A stretch of DNA of 64,000 nt from an uncultured Candidatus Rokubacteria bacterium (GCA_963826115.1 CAWGVS010000008.1:1-64000); one strand, 5' to 3'; numbered from the stretch's first letter, positions 36,042 to 45,571 are shown. A program made the numbers and translations. Notes: generated by a model from the sequence alone, not told the origin.

Positions 36042-36282
36042 CCTGCCCCTCCTCGCGGCCAAACACGCCGGCCGCGCGGAAAAGATTGACGAAGCCCGAC
36101 GCAATGCCGAGCAAGAGCCCCACCAGCATGAGCCAGGGGGCCGTCCCCAGCCACCGGTCCAGGGCGTGGCCCCCCCAGAAGCCCAGGACGGTGGAGATCA
36201 CCAGCGTGAGCCCCACCCCGCTGAGGGCACCGAGCTGCCGGATCCAGCGTCGATCGGACCGACCCGGCTCGGTTGTGTTCAC
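36019..36282 (-). CDS. AtpZ/AtpI family protein
   Basis: GFWGGHALDRWLGTAPWLMLVGLLLG. Confidence 0.88.
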   Translation of the reverse strand: MNTTEPGRSDRRWIRQLGALSGVGLTLVISTVLGFWGGHALDRWLGTAPWLMLVGLLLGIASGFVNLFRAAGVFGREEGQGDRDRAE

Positions 36283-36313
36283 ACCCGTGCTCCCCGGGGG
36301 GTGGTAGGAACGC

Positions 36314-36348
36314 TTGTGAACACTAGCACACCGTCTGGTCCGCCACAA
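36314..36348 (-). promoter_or_regulatory. atp-rex promoter overlapped by a Rex-like operator
   Basis: TTGTGG-17 nt-TAGTGT (extended TG); TTGTGAA-CACT-AGCACAC at 36314-36331. Confidence 0.65.
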
Positions 36349-36453
36349 CCCGCGGCTCCCGGCGCGGTCGGCCGCCTGCCAAGCCCTCCCCGTTCGGCTG
36401 ATGCGCCCCGTTGACGGCCCACGTATCGTGACCCGTGAACGAGGAGGTTCACG

Positions 36454-37371
36454 ATGACCCACGTCGCCGACTCCGATGCCGTGAGCGCTCTCTCCGATCA
36501 ACTGGCCGACGCCGTCGAGCGCGCGGGCCGCGCGGTGGTCCAGGTCAACGGCCGCCCGCGACAGCCCTCGAGCGGCATCGTGTACGCCCCGGGCCTGGTC
36601 CTCGCCGCCGAGCACGCCCTCGAGCGCGAGGACGACCTCACCGTGGAGACCGCGGCCGGCCCGGCGCTGCCCGCCCAGCTCGTGGGTCGCGACGGGGCCA
36701 GCGATCTCGCCGTGCTCCGCGTGCCCGGCCTTGCCGCGGAGACGGCCACGCCCGCTGCCGCGCCGGCGCGCGTGGGGCAGTTCGCCCTCGCCGTGGGCCG
36801 CCCCGGGGGCCAGGCGCTCATGGCGAGCATCGGCATCGTGAGCGCGATCGGGGGCCCGGCGCGCACGCGCGGCGGGTTGCTCGAGCAGTACCTCCGGACG
36901 GACGCCACACCCTACCCCGGCTTCTCGGGGGGCGCTCTGATCGACACGCGCGGCGGCGTCCTCGGACTCCTCACCACCGGGCTCGCCGGCGGGGCCACCC
37001 TCGCCGTCCCGGTGGCCCTCGCGTGGCGGCTGGCCGAGCCTCTCGCCCGCCAGGGGTACGTGCCGCGCGGCTGGCTCGGCATCGGGAGCCAGCCGGTCCA
37101 CGTTCCGGCGGGCCAGCGCGGCGGCCGGGCGCATGACCGGGGGCTCCTGATCGTGGAGATCGCGCCGGAGAGCCCGGCCTTCCGCGCCGGCCTGCACCTC
37201 GGCGACATCCTGGTCACGCTGGACGACCAGACGGTGGACGACGGCGAGGCGCTCCAGGCGCTCCTCGGCGGCGACCGCGTGGGCCGTCCCGTGAGGGTCC
37301 AGGTGCTCCGCGGGGGGGCCCTCGTCGCGCTCGACGTGACGGTCGGCCAGCGGCCCGGCCGGCGGCGATGA
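36454..37371 (+). CDS. HtrA-like (S1C) serine protease with C-terminal PDZ domain, no signal peptide
   Basis: Triad AAEH / DLAVL / PGFSGG; PDZ RGWLGI, SPAFRAGL..GDIL; SD GAGGAGG. Confidence 0.88.
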   Translation: MTHVADSDAVSALSDQLADAVERAGRAVVQVNGRPRQPSSGIVYAPGLVLAAEHALEREDDLTVETAAGPALPAQLVGRDGASDLAVLRVPGLAAETATPAAAPARVGQFALAVGRPGGQALMASIGIVSAIGGPARTRGGLLEQYLRTDATPYPGFSGGALIDTRGGVLGLLTTGLAGGATLAVPVALAWRLAEPLARQGYVPRGWLGIGSQPVHVPAGQRGGRAHDRGLLIVEIAPESPAFRAGLHLGDILVTLDDQTVDDGEALQALLGGDRVGRPVRVQVLRGGALVALDVTVGQRPGRRR

Positions 37372-37973
37372 GCCCGGCCCTCGCGGTGTCACCCCGGGCT
37401 GACGCGGCCCTCGGGCTGCCGGCGGAGGTCTTGGCGCGTGTCACGCCGAGCATCGTCCGCATCCGCGGTCGTGGGCCGGCCGGCGCGGCCGGCGTCGTTT
37501 GGCGCCGGAACGCCGTCGTGACCAACCACCATGTCGTGGCCGGCGCCGGGCGCGCGCTCCGGGTGATCGCCGCGGACGGTCACGCGCACGCCGCACGCGT
37601 GCTCGACGCGAGCCGCGAGCTCGACCTCGCCCTCCTGGAGGTGCCTGGCGCCGAGATCCAGCCGGCGGCGATCGGCGCGTCGGAGCGGCTCCGGGTCGGC
37701 GCGCTCGTCTTCGCGATCGGCCACCCGTGGGGCGAGCCGTGGGTGGTCACGGCCGGCATCGTGAGCGGGCTCGGGGCCTTTCCCGGCCCCGACCGCGCCG
37801 CGCGACGCCCCTACATCCGCTCCGATGTCCGGCTGGCGCCGGGCAACTCCGGGGGCGCGCTCCTGGACGCGCGCGGCGCCGTCGTCGGCGTCAACGCGAT
37901 GGTGATCGGCGGCGACCTGGCCGTCGCGATCCCGAGCGACGTCGTCCGGCGCTGGATCGGCGCGCGCGCGTGA
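37368..37973 (+). CDS. Trypsin-like (S1C) serine protease without PDZ domain
   Basis: VTNHHV / DLALL / PGNSGG; ATGA overlap with upstream gene. Confidence 0.88.
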   Translation: MSPALAVSPRADAALGLPAEVLARVTPSIVRIRGRGPAGAAGVVWRRNAVVTNHHVVAGAGRALRVIAADGHAHAARVLDASRELDLALLEVPGAEIQPAAIGASERLRVGALVFAIGHPWGEPWVVTAGIVSGLGAFPGPDRAARRPYIRSDVRLAPGNSGGALLDARGAVVGVNAMVIGGDLAVAIPSDVVRRWIGARA

Positions 37974-38584
37974 TCCGCGTCTTCGTCGCCGGCTCGACCG
38001 CCGCCCTCCGCCTCGGGCTTCGCGCGCGGCTCGAGGGCCCGGGAATCACCGTGGTGGGCGACGGCGCGACGCTCGAGGGCGCGCCGGCGGAGGTGGACGT
38101 CGTCGTGCTCGGCGATGCCGAGCGCCTCCCGGTGAGCGCGGACGCGCCAGGAGACGGCGGGGCGCGCGCCGTGGTCGCGCTGGTCGACGGAGCGCGGCCG
38201 CTCCCGTCCCTGTCCCGCCTCGCCCTCCGCGGCTGGGCCCTCGTCTCCCGTGACGCCTCGGCCGCCGAGCTGCGCGCCGCGACGACGGCGGCGGCCGAGG
38301 GCTTCGCGGTGCTACCTGCGCGCCTGGCTCACGCCGCCGGGGCGGGGCGCGGCCCGGCGACCGACCTGCCGCCGGACCCGACGCTCGAGCCGCTCACGCC
38401 GCGCGAGCGCGAGACGCTCGAGCTCCTGGCTCACGGCCTCTCGAATCGCGAGATCGGTGAGCGGCTCGGGATCAGCGAGCACACCGCCAAGTTCCACGTG
38501 GCCTCGATCGCCGCGAAGCTCGGGGCGTCGAGCCGCACCGAGGCGGTCAGCCTCGGCGTCCGCCGCGGCCTGATCACGCTCTAG
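37970..38584 (+). CDS. LuxR/NarL-type regulator with degenerate receiver domain
   Basis: LTPRERETLELLAHGLSNREIGERLGISEHTAKFHV...SRTEAV; GTGA overlap. Confidence 0.88.
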   Translation: MIRVFVAGSTAALRLGLRARLEGPGITVVGDGATLEGAPAEVDVVVLGDAERLPVSADAPGDGGARAVVALVDGARPLPSLSRLALRGWALVSRDASAAELRAATTAAAEGFAVLPARLAHAAGAGRGPATDLPPDPTLEPLTPRERETLELLAHGLSNREIGERLGISEHTAKFHVASIAAKLGASSRTEAVSLGVRRGLITL

Positions 38585-38600
38585 GCCGGTGCGGGCAGCG

Positions 38601-39485
38601 TCAGGGCTTCTTCGGCGGCTCGGGCGCGGGCACCTTGTTCTTGATCGGCGGGAGCGACCGGAGATACGCGAGGATGGCCCGGAGATCGCCCTCGGCGATT
38701 CCCTGCGAATAGTGCTGGACCGGCATGGGCGGCAGGACCCGCCCGCCGCCACGCCGCACCCCGTAGAGGGACGCGATGATCTCGCCATCCTTCCAGGCCC
38801 CGATGCCCGTCTCGACGTCCGGCGTCAGGTTCGCCGTGTAGCTCACGCCCCACGGGCCCGCGATCGGGACCCCGCCGGCGCCCATCCGGCTCGTGTCGGA
38901 GCGCCCATCCGGGAAGAAGGGCGTGTGGCACTCCATGCAGTGCGCGACGGGGCCCGCCAGGTACTCGCCGAACTTGACGAGGTCCTGCCGCGGCGGGTCC
39001 GGCACCGTGCCGACCGCCGGACCGTACGCGGGCGGGAGCGGGATCTTGTACTGGCTCCGCGCCGCCGCGTTGCGGAGGGGCGGCACGGTGCGGAGATACG
39101 CCACGATCGCCCTGACGTCGCTGTCCGCGAGCCGCCGGTACTGGCCGAACGGCATCGGGGGGCCAAGCGTCTTGCCGTCCCGCCCGCGCCCCTCACGAAT
39201 GGCGAGGATCAGCTCCTCGTCCGTCCACCGGCCGATACCGGTGTCAGGATCCGGGGTGATGTTCGGCGCGATCCACGTGCCGAGCCCCTCGTCCTCCTGC
39301 TGGAAGCCCCCCGCGAGGTGCTTGCCGGGGAGGTCTCCCGTCGGCCCCTTGGGCGTGTGACAGTTGCCGCAGGCGCCGATGATCTCGACCAGGTAGCGGC
39401 CGCGCTCGACCGCCGACTGGCCGGACACCGGCGGGGCCGTGCCGACGACGACGCACAGGCTCATCAGGGCAATCAGGTTGCGCAC
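38601..39485 (-). CDS. Exported diheme cytochrome c
   Basis: Signal peptide, CGNCH and CMECH, repeated N(I/L)TPD..TGIG.W and PPMP. Confidence 0.92.
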   Translation of the reverse strand: MRNLIALMSLCVVVGTAPPVSGQSAVERGRYLVEIIGACGNCHTPKGPTGDLPGKHLAGGFQQEDEGLGTWIAPNITPDPDTGIGRWTDEELILAIREGRGRDGKTLGPPMPFGQYRRLADSDVRAIVAYLRTVPPLRNAAARSQYKIPLPPAYGPAVGTVPDPPRQDLVKFGEYLAGPVAHCMECHTPFFPDGRSDTSRMGAGGVPIAGPWGVSYTANLTPDVETGIGAWKDGEIIASLYGVRRGGGRVLPPMPVQHYSQGIAEGDLRAILAYLRSLPPIKNKVPAPEPPKKP

Positions 39486-39564
39486 CTACAGCTCCTCCTC
39501 CCGCTGTCGTGGGCTTCGACAGAGAGACGGCCCGACGTGATCGCCGGGCGCCGCCTCACCCCGC

Positions 39565-40683
39565 TCACTGCTTCTTCAGCTGGTCCCACGCGGCCTCGAT
39601 CTCCTTGGTGAATCGCTCGTTCACGTGCTGGTAGCGTCGCTCGGCCACGTCCTCGTCGTACACGCTGACGGTCTCGGTCTCGAAGAACGAGCGCACGCCG
39701 CCCGTGAACTCCACGACCTTCTCGGCGACCGAGCCCGGGGGGCCCTGGACCTTGAACTTGGGCGTGACCGCGAAGAGACCTCGCTCGATGAACACCCGCT
39801 GGCCGCGCTCGCTCAGCAGGAATTCGAGGAAGGCCCGTGCGGTCCGCGGGTGCTTCGCGCCGGCGAGGATGGCCATCGGCTCCGGAGTCACGAAGGCGTT
39901 CTTCGGGGCCACGAACTTGATGTCGAAGCCCGCGAGGACCTCCTCGAAGGCCATGTACGACGGCACCGCGAAGCCGGCCGCGAACTCGCCCTTGGCCACC
40001 ACCGCCGGCACGTCCCGGCTCCGCGCGGTGAAGACGCCGGAGTGGCCGCCGAGGCGCTTGAGCCACTCCCACCCCGCCGGCTCGCCCCGGCTCTGGAGGA
40101 TGATCTCGTAGGTCGCGTGGCTCGACGACGACCGGGTCGGCGCGCACTGGGCGACGTGGCCCCGGAGCTTCGGGTGGAGGAGGTCGTCCCAGTCCTTCGG
40201 CTCGGGCACGCCCAGCCGTCGGAGCAGACGCGGGTGGTAGACGAGGCCGTAGGGCTCGAGCGTGGTCCCGACCCAGAACCCGTTCGGATCCTTCAGCGGG
40301 ATCGGCTTGGGCTTGCCGAGGCCGGCCGGGATCGCGTCGAGCAGCTCCCGCGGCAGCTCGTGGCGGACGAGGAGCTTCTGCTCGGCGAGCTTGTCGAAGA
40401 GCGCGGACTCGCCGCCCCAGAAGATGTCGGCCTCGGGCTTCCCCTTCCACTCGACGATCCGCCCGTAGGAGACCGGCGTGCCCGCGAGCTGGGCGCTCGT
40501 CCGCACCGTCACGCCCCACTTCTCCCGCGCGTACTCGGTGAAGGCCCGGAGGGCGGCGTCGACGACGAACCGCGACACCGGGGTCTGGAGGACCAGCGCA
40601 TCCTCGATCGGCGGGCCCTGGCTCCAGGCCCGGACGGGCGCCAAGAGCGCAAGGAGGGCAAGGAGCGGAACGACGTACGACAG
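39565..40683 (-). CDS. Orphan extracellular solute-binding protein (AfuA/PgtC-like)
   Basis: PEADIFWGG, PKDWDDLL.P, signal peptide; probable CTG start. Confidence 0.8.
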   Translation of the reverse strand: MSYVVPLLALLALLAPVRAWSQGPPIEDALVLQTPVSRFVVDAALRAFTEYAREKWGVTVRTSAQLAGTPVSYGRIVEWKGKPEADIFWGGESALFDKLAEQKLLVRHELPRELLDAIPAGLGKPKPIPLKDPNGFWVGTTLEPYGLVYHPRLLRRLGVPEPKDWDDLLHPKLRGHVAQCAPTRSSSSHATYEIILQSRGEPAGWEWLKRLGGHSGVFTARSRDVPAVVAKGEFAAGFAVPSYMAFEEVLAGFDIKFVAPKNAFVTPEPMAILAGAKHPRTARAFLEFLLSERGQRVFIERGLFAVTPKFKVQGPPGSVAEKVVEFTGGVRSFFETETVSVYDEDVAERRYQHVNERFTKEIEAAWDQLKKQ

Positions 40684-40778
40684 GGGCGATCTCCTCCGGC
40701 AGCGTCGAGCGTCACCAGACGGTAGCACACCCGCGCGCGCCGACCGGCACGCCGGCGCGAAGACCGGGGCGCGCGCGG

Positions 40779-42296
40779 TCAGCGCTCCTCGCGGGCCCAA
40801 CCCCGGGCGCGGTCGACGGCGCGCCGCCAGCCCGCGTAGAGCGCCTCGCGCCGGTCGGCGGGCATCGTGGGCTCGAAGGCGCGATCGAGCCGCCACAGGT
40901 CGCGCAGGGTCGCGGGGTCACGCCAGAGGCCGACGCCCAGCCCGGCCAGGTATGCGGCGCCGAGCCCGGTCGTCTCGCGCACGCGCGGGCGGAGGATGGG
41001 CACGCCGAGGATGTCCGCCTGGAACTGGCACAGGAAGTCGTTCTCGGTCGCGCCCCCGTCCACTCGCAGCTCGGCCGGCCGGCGGCCGCTGTCCGCGACC
41101 ATCGCGTCCAGCACGTCGCGGGTCTGGTACGCGATCGCCTCGAGCGTCGCGCGCGCGACGTGCGCCCGCGTCGTCCCGCGCGTGAGGCCGACCAGCGCGC
41201 CCCGCGCGTACATGTCCCAGTAGGGCGCGCCGAGCCCCACGAAGGCCGGGACGAGATAGACGCCGCCCGTGTCCGGCACGGAGCGCGCCAGCGGCTCGGT
41301 CTCCGCAGCCTGCCCGATCAGGCCGAGCCCGTCGCGGAGCCACTGCACGGCCGCGCCCGCCACGAACACCGCGCCCTCGAGGGCGTAGGTCGCGCTGGGC
41401 GTACCCCCGCCCGGGGGCGAGAGCGTCCAGGCCACCGTGGTGAGGAGGCCGGCCGCCGACGCGATCGGCGTCGCGCCGGTGTTGAAGAGGAGGAAGCAGC
41501 CCGTCCCGTAGGTGTTCTTCACGCCACCCGGCGACACGGCGCCTTGGCCGAAGAGCGCGGCCTGCTGGTCCCCGGCGATCCCCGCGATCGGGATCCCCGC
41601 CGGGAGGCCGTCGAGCGCCACCGTCTCCCCGAAGACGCCCGCCGAGGGCCGCACCGCGGGGAACACGGACAGCGGGACACCGAGGTGCCCGGCCAGGTCC
41701 CGGTCCCAGTCGAGACGCCGGATGTCGTAGCAGAGGGTCCGCGAGGCGTTCGAGGCGTCGGTCGCGTGGACTCGCCCCCCGGTGAGCTGCCAGAGGAGCC
41801 AGCTGTCGACGGTGCCGAACGCGAGCTCCCCGCGGGCCGCCCGCGCGCGGAGCTCGGGGTGCGCCTCGAGGAGCCACGTGATCTTGGTCCCGGAGAAGTA
41901 CGCGTCGAGGACGAGCCCGGTGCGCTCGCGGAACAAGGGCTCGGCCCCGGTCGCCCGGACGCGCTCGCAGATCGGGGCCGAGCGGCGGCACTGCCAGACG
42001 ATCGCCCGGTGGACCGGGGCGCCGGTGCGGCGGTCCCACAGGATCGTGGTCTCGCGCTGATTCGCGATGCCGATCGCCGCCACGTCGCGCGGGGCGACGC
42101 GCGCCGCGGCGAGCGCCGCGCGCGCGGCGTCGAGCTGGGTCGCCCAGATCTCGGCAGGCTCGTGCTCCACCCATCCCGGCTGGGGGTAGTACTGCGGCAG
42201 CTCCCGGTACCCGCGGCCGAGGACCGCCCCGTCCTCGCCGACGACGAGCGCCGTCGAGCCGGTCGTCCCCTGGTCGAGCGCCAGCACGGCCCTCAT
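40779..42296 (-). CDS. glpK: Glycerol kinase
   Basis: [37 protein letters not shown]. Confidence 0.97.
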   Translation of the reverse strand: MRAVLALDQGTTGSTALVVGEDGAVLGRGYRELPQYYPQPGWVEHEPAEIWATQLDAARAALAAARVAPRDVAAIGIANQRETTILWDRRTGAPVHRAIVWQCRRSAPICERVRATGAEPLFRERTGLVLDAYFSGTKITWLLEAHPELRARAARGELAFGTVDSWLLWQLTGGRVHATDASNASRTLCYDIRRLDWDRDLAGHLGVPLSVFPAVRPSAGVFGETVALDGLPAGIPIAGIAGDQQAALFGQGAVSPGGVKNTYGTGCFLLFNTGATPIASAAGLLTTVAWTLSPPGGGTPSATYALEGAVFVAGAAVQWLRDGLGLIGQAAETEPLARSVPDTGGVYLVPAFVGLGAPYWDMYARGALVGLTRGTTRAHVARATLEAIAYQTRDVLDAMVADSGRRPAELRVDGGATENDFLCQFQADILGVPILRPRVRETTGLGAAYLAGLGVGLWRDPATLRDLWRLDRAFEPTMPADRREALYAGWRRAVDRARGWAREER

Positions 42297-42309
42297 GGGC
42301 GGGGCCCCG

Positions 42310-43113
42310 TCAGGGCCGGGCGGCGCGCAGCCGGAGCGCGACGTCCGGCTGATCCGTCGTGACGTAGTCCACGCCGGCCGCGAGCGCGCGGCTGAGCTCG
42401 TCGGGCTCGTTCACGGTCCACACGCCGATGGTGAGCCCGGCGTCGTGGGCGGCCCGAACGGCGTCGGGCGTCAGGAGGGTGCGCTCGATCCCGAGGTCGT
42501 TGGCCCCGAGGGCGCGGAGCCGCGGCACGACGGCCGCCACGCCGCCCGCGCGGTCGGCCCCGCGCTGGGCGAGGAGCCCGGTCAGCCGGACCGTCGGGGA
42601 CAGGGCCCGCAGCCGCTCGATGACGGTCCACTCGAAGGCCATGACCGTCGTCCGGTCCAGGAGCCCCGTGTCCTGGAGGAGCGCCAGGACGCGCTCCTCG
42701 ATGCCAGGGTAGCGCTCGCCGCCCGGGCCAGTCTTGATCTCGAGAAGGAGCCCGACCCGCGTCGGGCGGAGGAGCGCCAGGACGTCGGTGAGGCGCGGCA
42801 GGCGCTCGTCCGCGGTCCCGCGGATCGTGACGGCGCCCAGCTCCGCCCAGGACCGGTCGCGGACGGCGCCGCGGCCCGACGTCGTCCGGTCGAGCGTCGG
42901 GTCGTGCACCACGACGACCTCGCCGTCGCGCGTCTGGTGGACGTCCAGCTCCACGAGGTCGACGCCGAGGCCGAGCGCGCCCCGGAACGCCGTGAGGCTG
43001 TTCTCGGGCCAGAGGCGCGCGCCGCCCCGGTGGGCGGCGATCGCCGGGCGGTCCGCGCCGGCCGCGGATGGGATCGGGGCCATCAGCGGGAGTCCGGCCA
43101 GGAGCGGGGCCAC
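42310..43113 (-). CDS. Glycerophosphodiester phosphodiesterase (GlpQ/UgpQ family), probably exported
   Basis: AHRGG, PENSL.AF, ELDVH.TRDG..VV.HD, EIK, WTVN, TTD; start uncertain. Confidence 0.93.
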   Translation of the reverse strand: MAPLLAGLPLMAPIPSAAGADRPAIAAHRGGARLWPENSLTAFRGALGLGVDLVELDVHQTRDGEVVVVHDPTLDRTTSGRGAVRDRSWAELGAVTIRGTADERLPRLTDVLALLRPTRVGLLLEIKTGPGGERYPGIEERVLALLQDTGLLDRTTVMAFEWTVIERLRALSPTVRLTGLLAQRGADRAGGVAAVVPRLRALGANDLGIERTLLTPDAVRAAHDAGLTIGVWTVNEPDELSRALAAGVDYVTTDQPDVALRLRAARP

Positions 43114-43144
43114 GACGATGCGCAGCCAACGGGCACGCCTCGCA

Positions 43145-43786
43145 TCACGACCCCGTCCACGACCGGTATTCGACCAGTTCCTCCACGTACCCACGGAGAT
43201 AGTCCTCCAGCCTGACCCAGTACCGGATCCGGGGGTTGTACCAGTAGGCCTCGAGCCGCCGCGGGCCGGCCCAGCGCTCAACTCGAAGCGTGTAGAAGCG
43301 GCCCGCGACGGTGTCGAGCGGCTCGACGTCCATCCCGACCTTCCAGGTGTTGGCGTACCGTCCGTCATTCCGCCCGTCGGTGTATTGAAACTCCTGCTCC
43401 CACGTCTTGGCGGGGCTGAGGGGCCAGACGAAGTAGAGGGCGGGCGGCTCGTAGCGGGCCGTCGTCCCGTCGCCGAAGGTCTCCCGGACCAGCGCGAGGT
43501 CGGTCGTCCATTCACGCGTCACGTCCGTCCCGGGCCCGAGGACCCGGACGGTGTAGCGCTCGGCGGTGGCGGCCACGAGTTGATGCGTGACCACGGTCAC
43601 CGCCCCGTCGAGGGAGGTGCGCTGGAACACCCACCGATCGCCCACGCGCCACTCCGGCCGCGGGACCGACTCGGCCTGCTGCTGAGCGGCGTGCTTGGGC
43701 AAGTCCGCCGGGCAGCCGGCGGCGAGCAGCGCCAAGCCAAGGCCGATGCCGACGGCGGCGCCCGGTCGATGCACGCGTCGCCTCAT
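43145..43786 (-). CDS. Uncharacterised lipoprotein
   Basis: Lipobox LAAGC; PEWRVGDRW and VAGRF motifs; ATGA overlap with ugpE stop. Confidence 0.75.
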   Translation of the reverse strand: MRRRVHRPGAAVGIGLGLALLAAGCPADLPKHAAQQQAESVPRPEWRVGDRWVFQRTSLDGAVTVVTHQLVAATAERYTVRVLGPGTDVTREWTTDLALVRETFGDGTTARYEPPALYFVWPLSPAKTWEQEFQYTDGRNDGRYANTWKVGMDVEPLDTVAGRFYTLRVERWAGPRRLEAYWYNPRIRYWVRLEDYLRGYVEELVEYRSWTGS

Positions 43787-44628
43787 TTCTCGGTCTCGAT
43801 CAGGCCCTTGATGAACCAGCGCTGCATGACGACGACGATCGCGAGCGGGGGCAGCATCGCCATGATGACCGTCGCCATCACCAGGTTCCATTCCGCCGCC
43901 GCATCGCCCGTGGGCACCACGCGTTTGATGCCCATGACGACCGTCGACATCGCCTCGTCCGTCGTGACGAGGAGGGGCCAGAGGTATTGGTTCCAGCCGA
44001 AGATGAACAGGATGACGAAGAGCGCCGCGATGTTCGTCTTCGACAGGGGCGCCAGGATCGACCAGAAGAACCGGAGCGGCCCGGCCCCGTCGATCCGGGA
44101 CGCTTCGGTCAGCTCTTCGGGGACGGTCAGGAAGAACTGGCGAAAGAGGAAGGTCGCGGTGGCCGAGGCGATCAGCGGCACCGACAGGCCCGCGTACGTG
44201 TTCAGGAGCCGGAGGTCCGCGACGACCTTGAAGGTCGGCATGATCCGGATCTCGACCGGCAGCATGAGCGTCAGGAAGATCGTCCAGAAGCACGCCATCC
44301 GGAACGGGAACCGGAAGTACACGATCGCGTACGCCGAGATGATGGAGATCGCGATCTTGCCGATCGCGATCGTCAGCGCCATGACCAGGCTGTTCACCAG
44401 CATCCGCAGGACGGGCGCACTCCCCGCGCCGCGCCCCCCCGCGGTCAGCGCTCGCGCGTAGTTGTCGACGAGGTGGGTCCCGAACCAGAGCGGCACCTGG
44501 CCGAGCAGCTCCTGGGCGGTGTGGCTCGAGGCGACGAGCGCGACGTAGAGCGGGAAGGCGACGACGAGGAGCCCCAGCCCCAGCACCGCGTGGGTGGCGA
44601 TCGTCCAGCCCCGCTGCCGCTCGACCAT
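43783..44628 (-). CDS. ugpE: sn-glycerol-3-phosphate ABC transporter permease UgpE
   Basis: TLMLPVEIRI.PT, ASATATFLFRQFF, EAA loop, WNQYLWP. Confidence 0.93.
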   Translation of the reverse strand: MVERQRGWTIATHAVLGLGLLVVAFPLYVALVASSHTAQELLGQVPLWFGTHLVDNYARALTAGGRGAGSAPVLRMLVNSLVMALTIAIGKIAISIISAYAIVYFRFPFRMACFWTIFLTLMLPVEIRIMPTFKVVADLRLLNTYAGLSVPLIASATATFLFRQFFLTVPEELTEASRIDGAGPLRFFWSILAPLSKTNIAALFVILFIFGWNQYLWPLLVTTDEAMSTVVMGIKRVVPTGDAAAEWNLVMATVIMAMLPPLAIVVVMQRWFIKGLIETEK

Positions 44629-45509
44629 CAGTAGACCACCCGCCGCTCGATGTAGCGGAACTGGACGACGGTGAGCGCGATGACGATGGCCATGAGGATC
44701 ACGGACTGCGCGGCGGAGCCGCCGAAGTCCAGGCCGATGAAGCCGTCGTTGAAGACCTTGTAGACCAGCGTCTCGGTCGCCTTGGCGGGGCCGCCCCCGG
44801 TCACCGCGTGGATGATGCCGAACGTGTCGAAGAAGGCGTAGACCAGGTTCACCACCAGGAGGAAGAACGTCGTAGGGGACAGCAGGGGGAAGACGATCCG
44901 CCAGAAGCGCCGGCCCGGGCCCGCGCCGTCGATCGCCGCCGCCTCGATGACCGCCTTCGGAATGGCCTGGAGGCCCGCCAGGAAGAACAGAAAGTTGTAG
45001 CTGATCTGCTTCCAGGTCGCGGCCACGATCACCAGCACCAGCGCCTGGCCGCCGTTGAGCTGATGGTTCCACGTGTAACCCAGGCCCCGCAGGAGATACG
45101 CGATGATCCCCACGGTGGGGTTGAACATGAAGAGCCAGAGGACGCCGGCCACGACCGGGGCGATCGCGTACGGCGCCATCAGCAGCATCTTGTACGAGCG
45201 CGCGCCGTGAAGCACGCGATCGGCCATGACCGCGAAGAGGAGCGCCACCCCGAGCGAGAGGCCGGCGGTGGCCGCGCTGAAGACCACGGTGACGCGGAAC
45301 GCTTGAAGGTAGTAGGGGTCGGCGAAGAGGCGGGAGAAGTTCTCGAACCACACGAACTGCGTCGACAGCCCGAACGCGTCCTGAAGGAGCACCGACTGGA
45401 CCAGCATCTGCCCGGCCGGCCAGATGAAGAAGACCAGGGTGACGATCATCTGCGGCGCCACCAGGAGGTATGGCAGCACCCGGCTCCGGAAAACGACGCG
45501 CTTGTGCAC
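44628..45509 (-). CDS. ugpA: sn-glycerol-3-phosphate ABC transporter permease UgpA
   Basis: [32 protein letters not shown]. Confidence 0.94.
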   Translation of the reverse strand: MHKRVVFRSRVLPYLLVAPQMIVTLVFFIWPAGQMLVQSVLLQDAFGLSTQFVWFENFSRLFADPYYLQAFRVTVVFSAATAGLSLGVALLFAVMADRVLHGARSYKMLLMAPYAIAPVVAGVLWLFMFNPTVGIIAYLLRGLGYTWNHQLNGGQALVLVIVAATWKQISYNFLFFLAGLQAIPKAVIEAAAIDGAGPGRRFWRIVFPLLSPTTFFLLVVNLVYAFFDTFGIIHAVTGGGPAKATETLVYKVFNDGFIGLDFGGSAAQSVILMAIVIALTVVQFRYIERRVVY

Positions 45510-45571
45510 GGCGCTCGCGAGGCGAGGCCGCCCGCCCGGCGCGGACGGCCCCGTCCCCGCTCAGGCGCGGC

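Noticed and set aside
36275-36323. 9-bp inverted repeat GTGTTCACA/TGTGAACAC as an mRNA hairpin over the atpZ start
   Set aside because: The upstream arm overlaps the -10 and precedes the predicted TSS, so it would not be transcribed.
36434-36453. Palindrome read as a Rex or LexA box
   Set aside because: Half-site spacing does not fit Rex (TGTGAA-N4-TTCACA) or Gram-positive LexA (GAAC-N4-GTTC).
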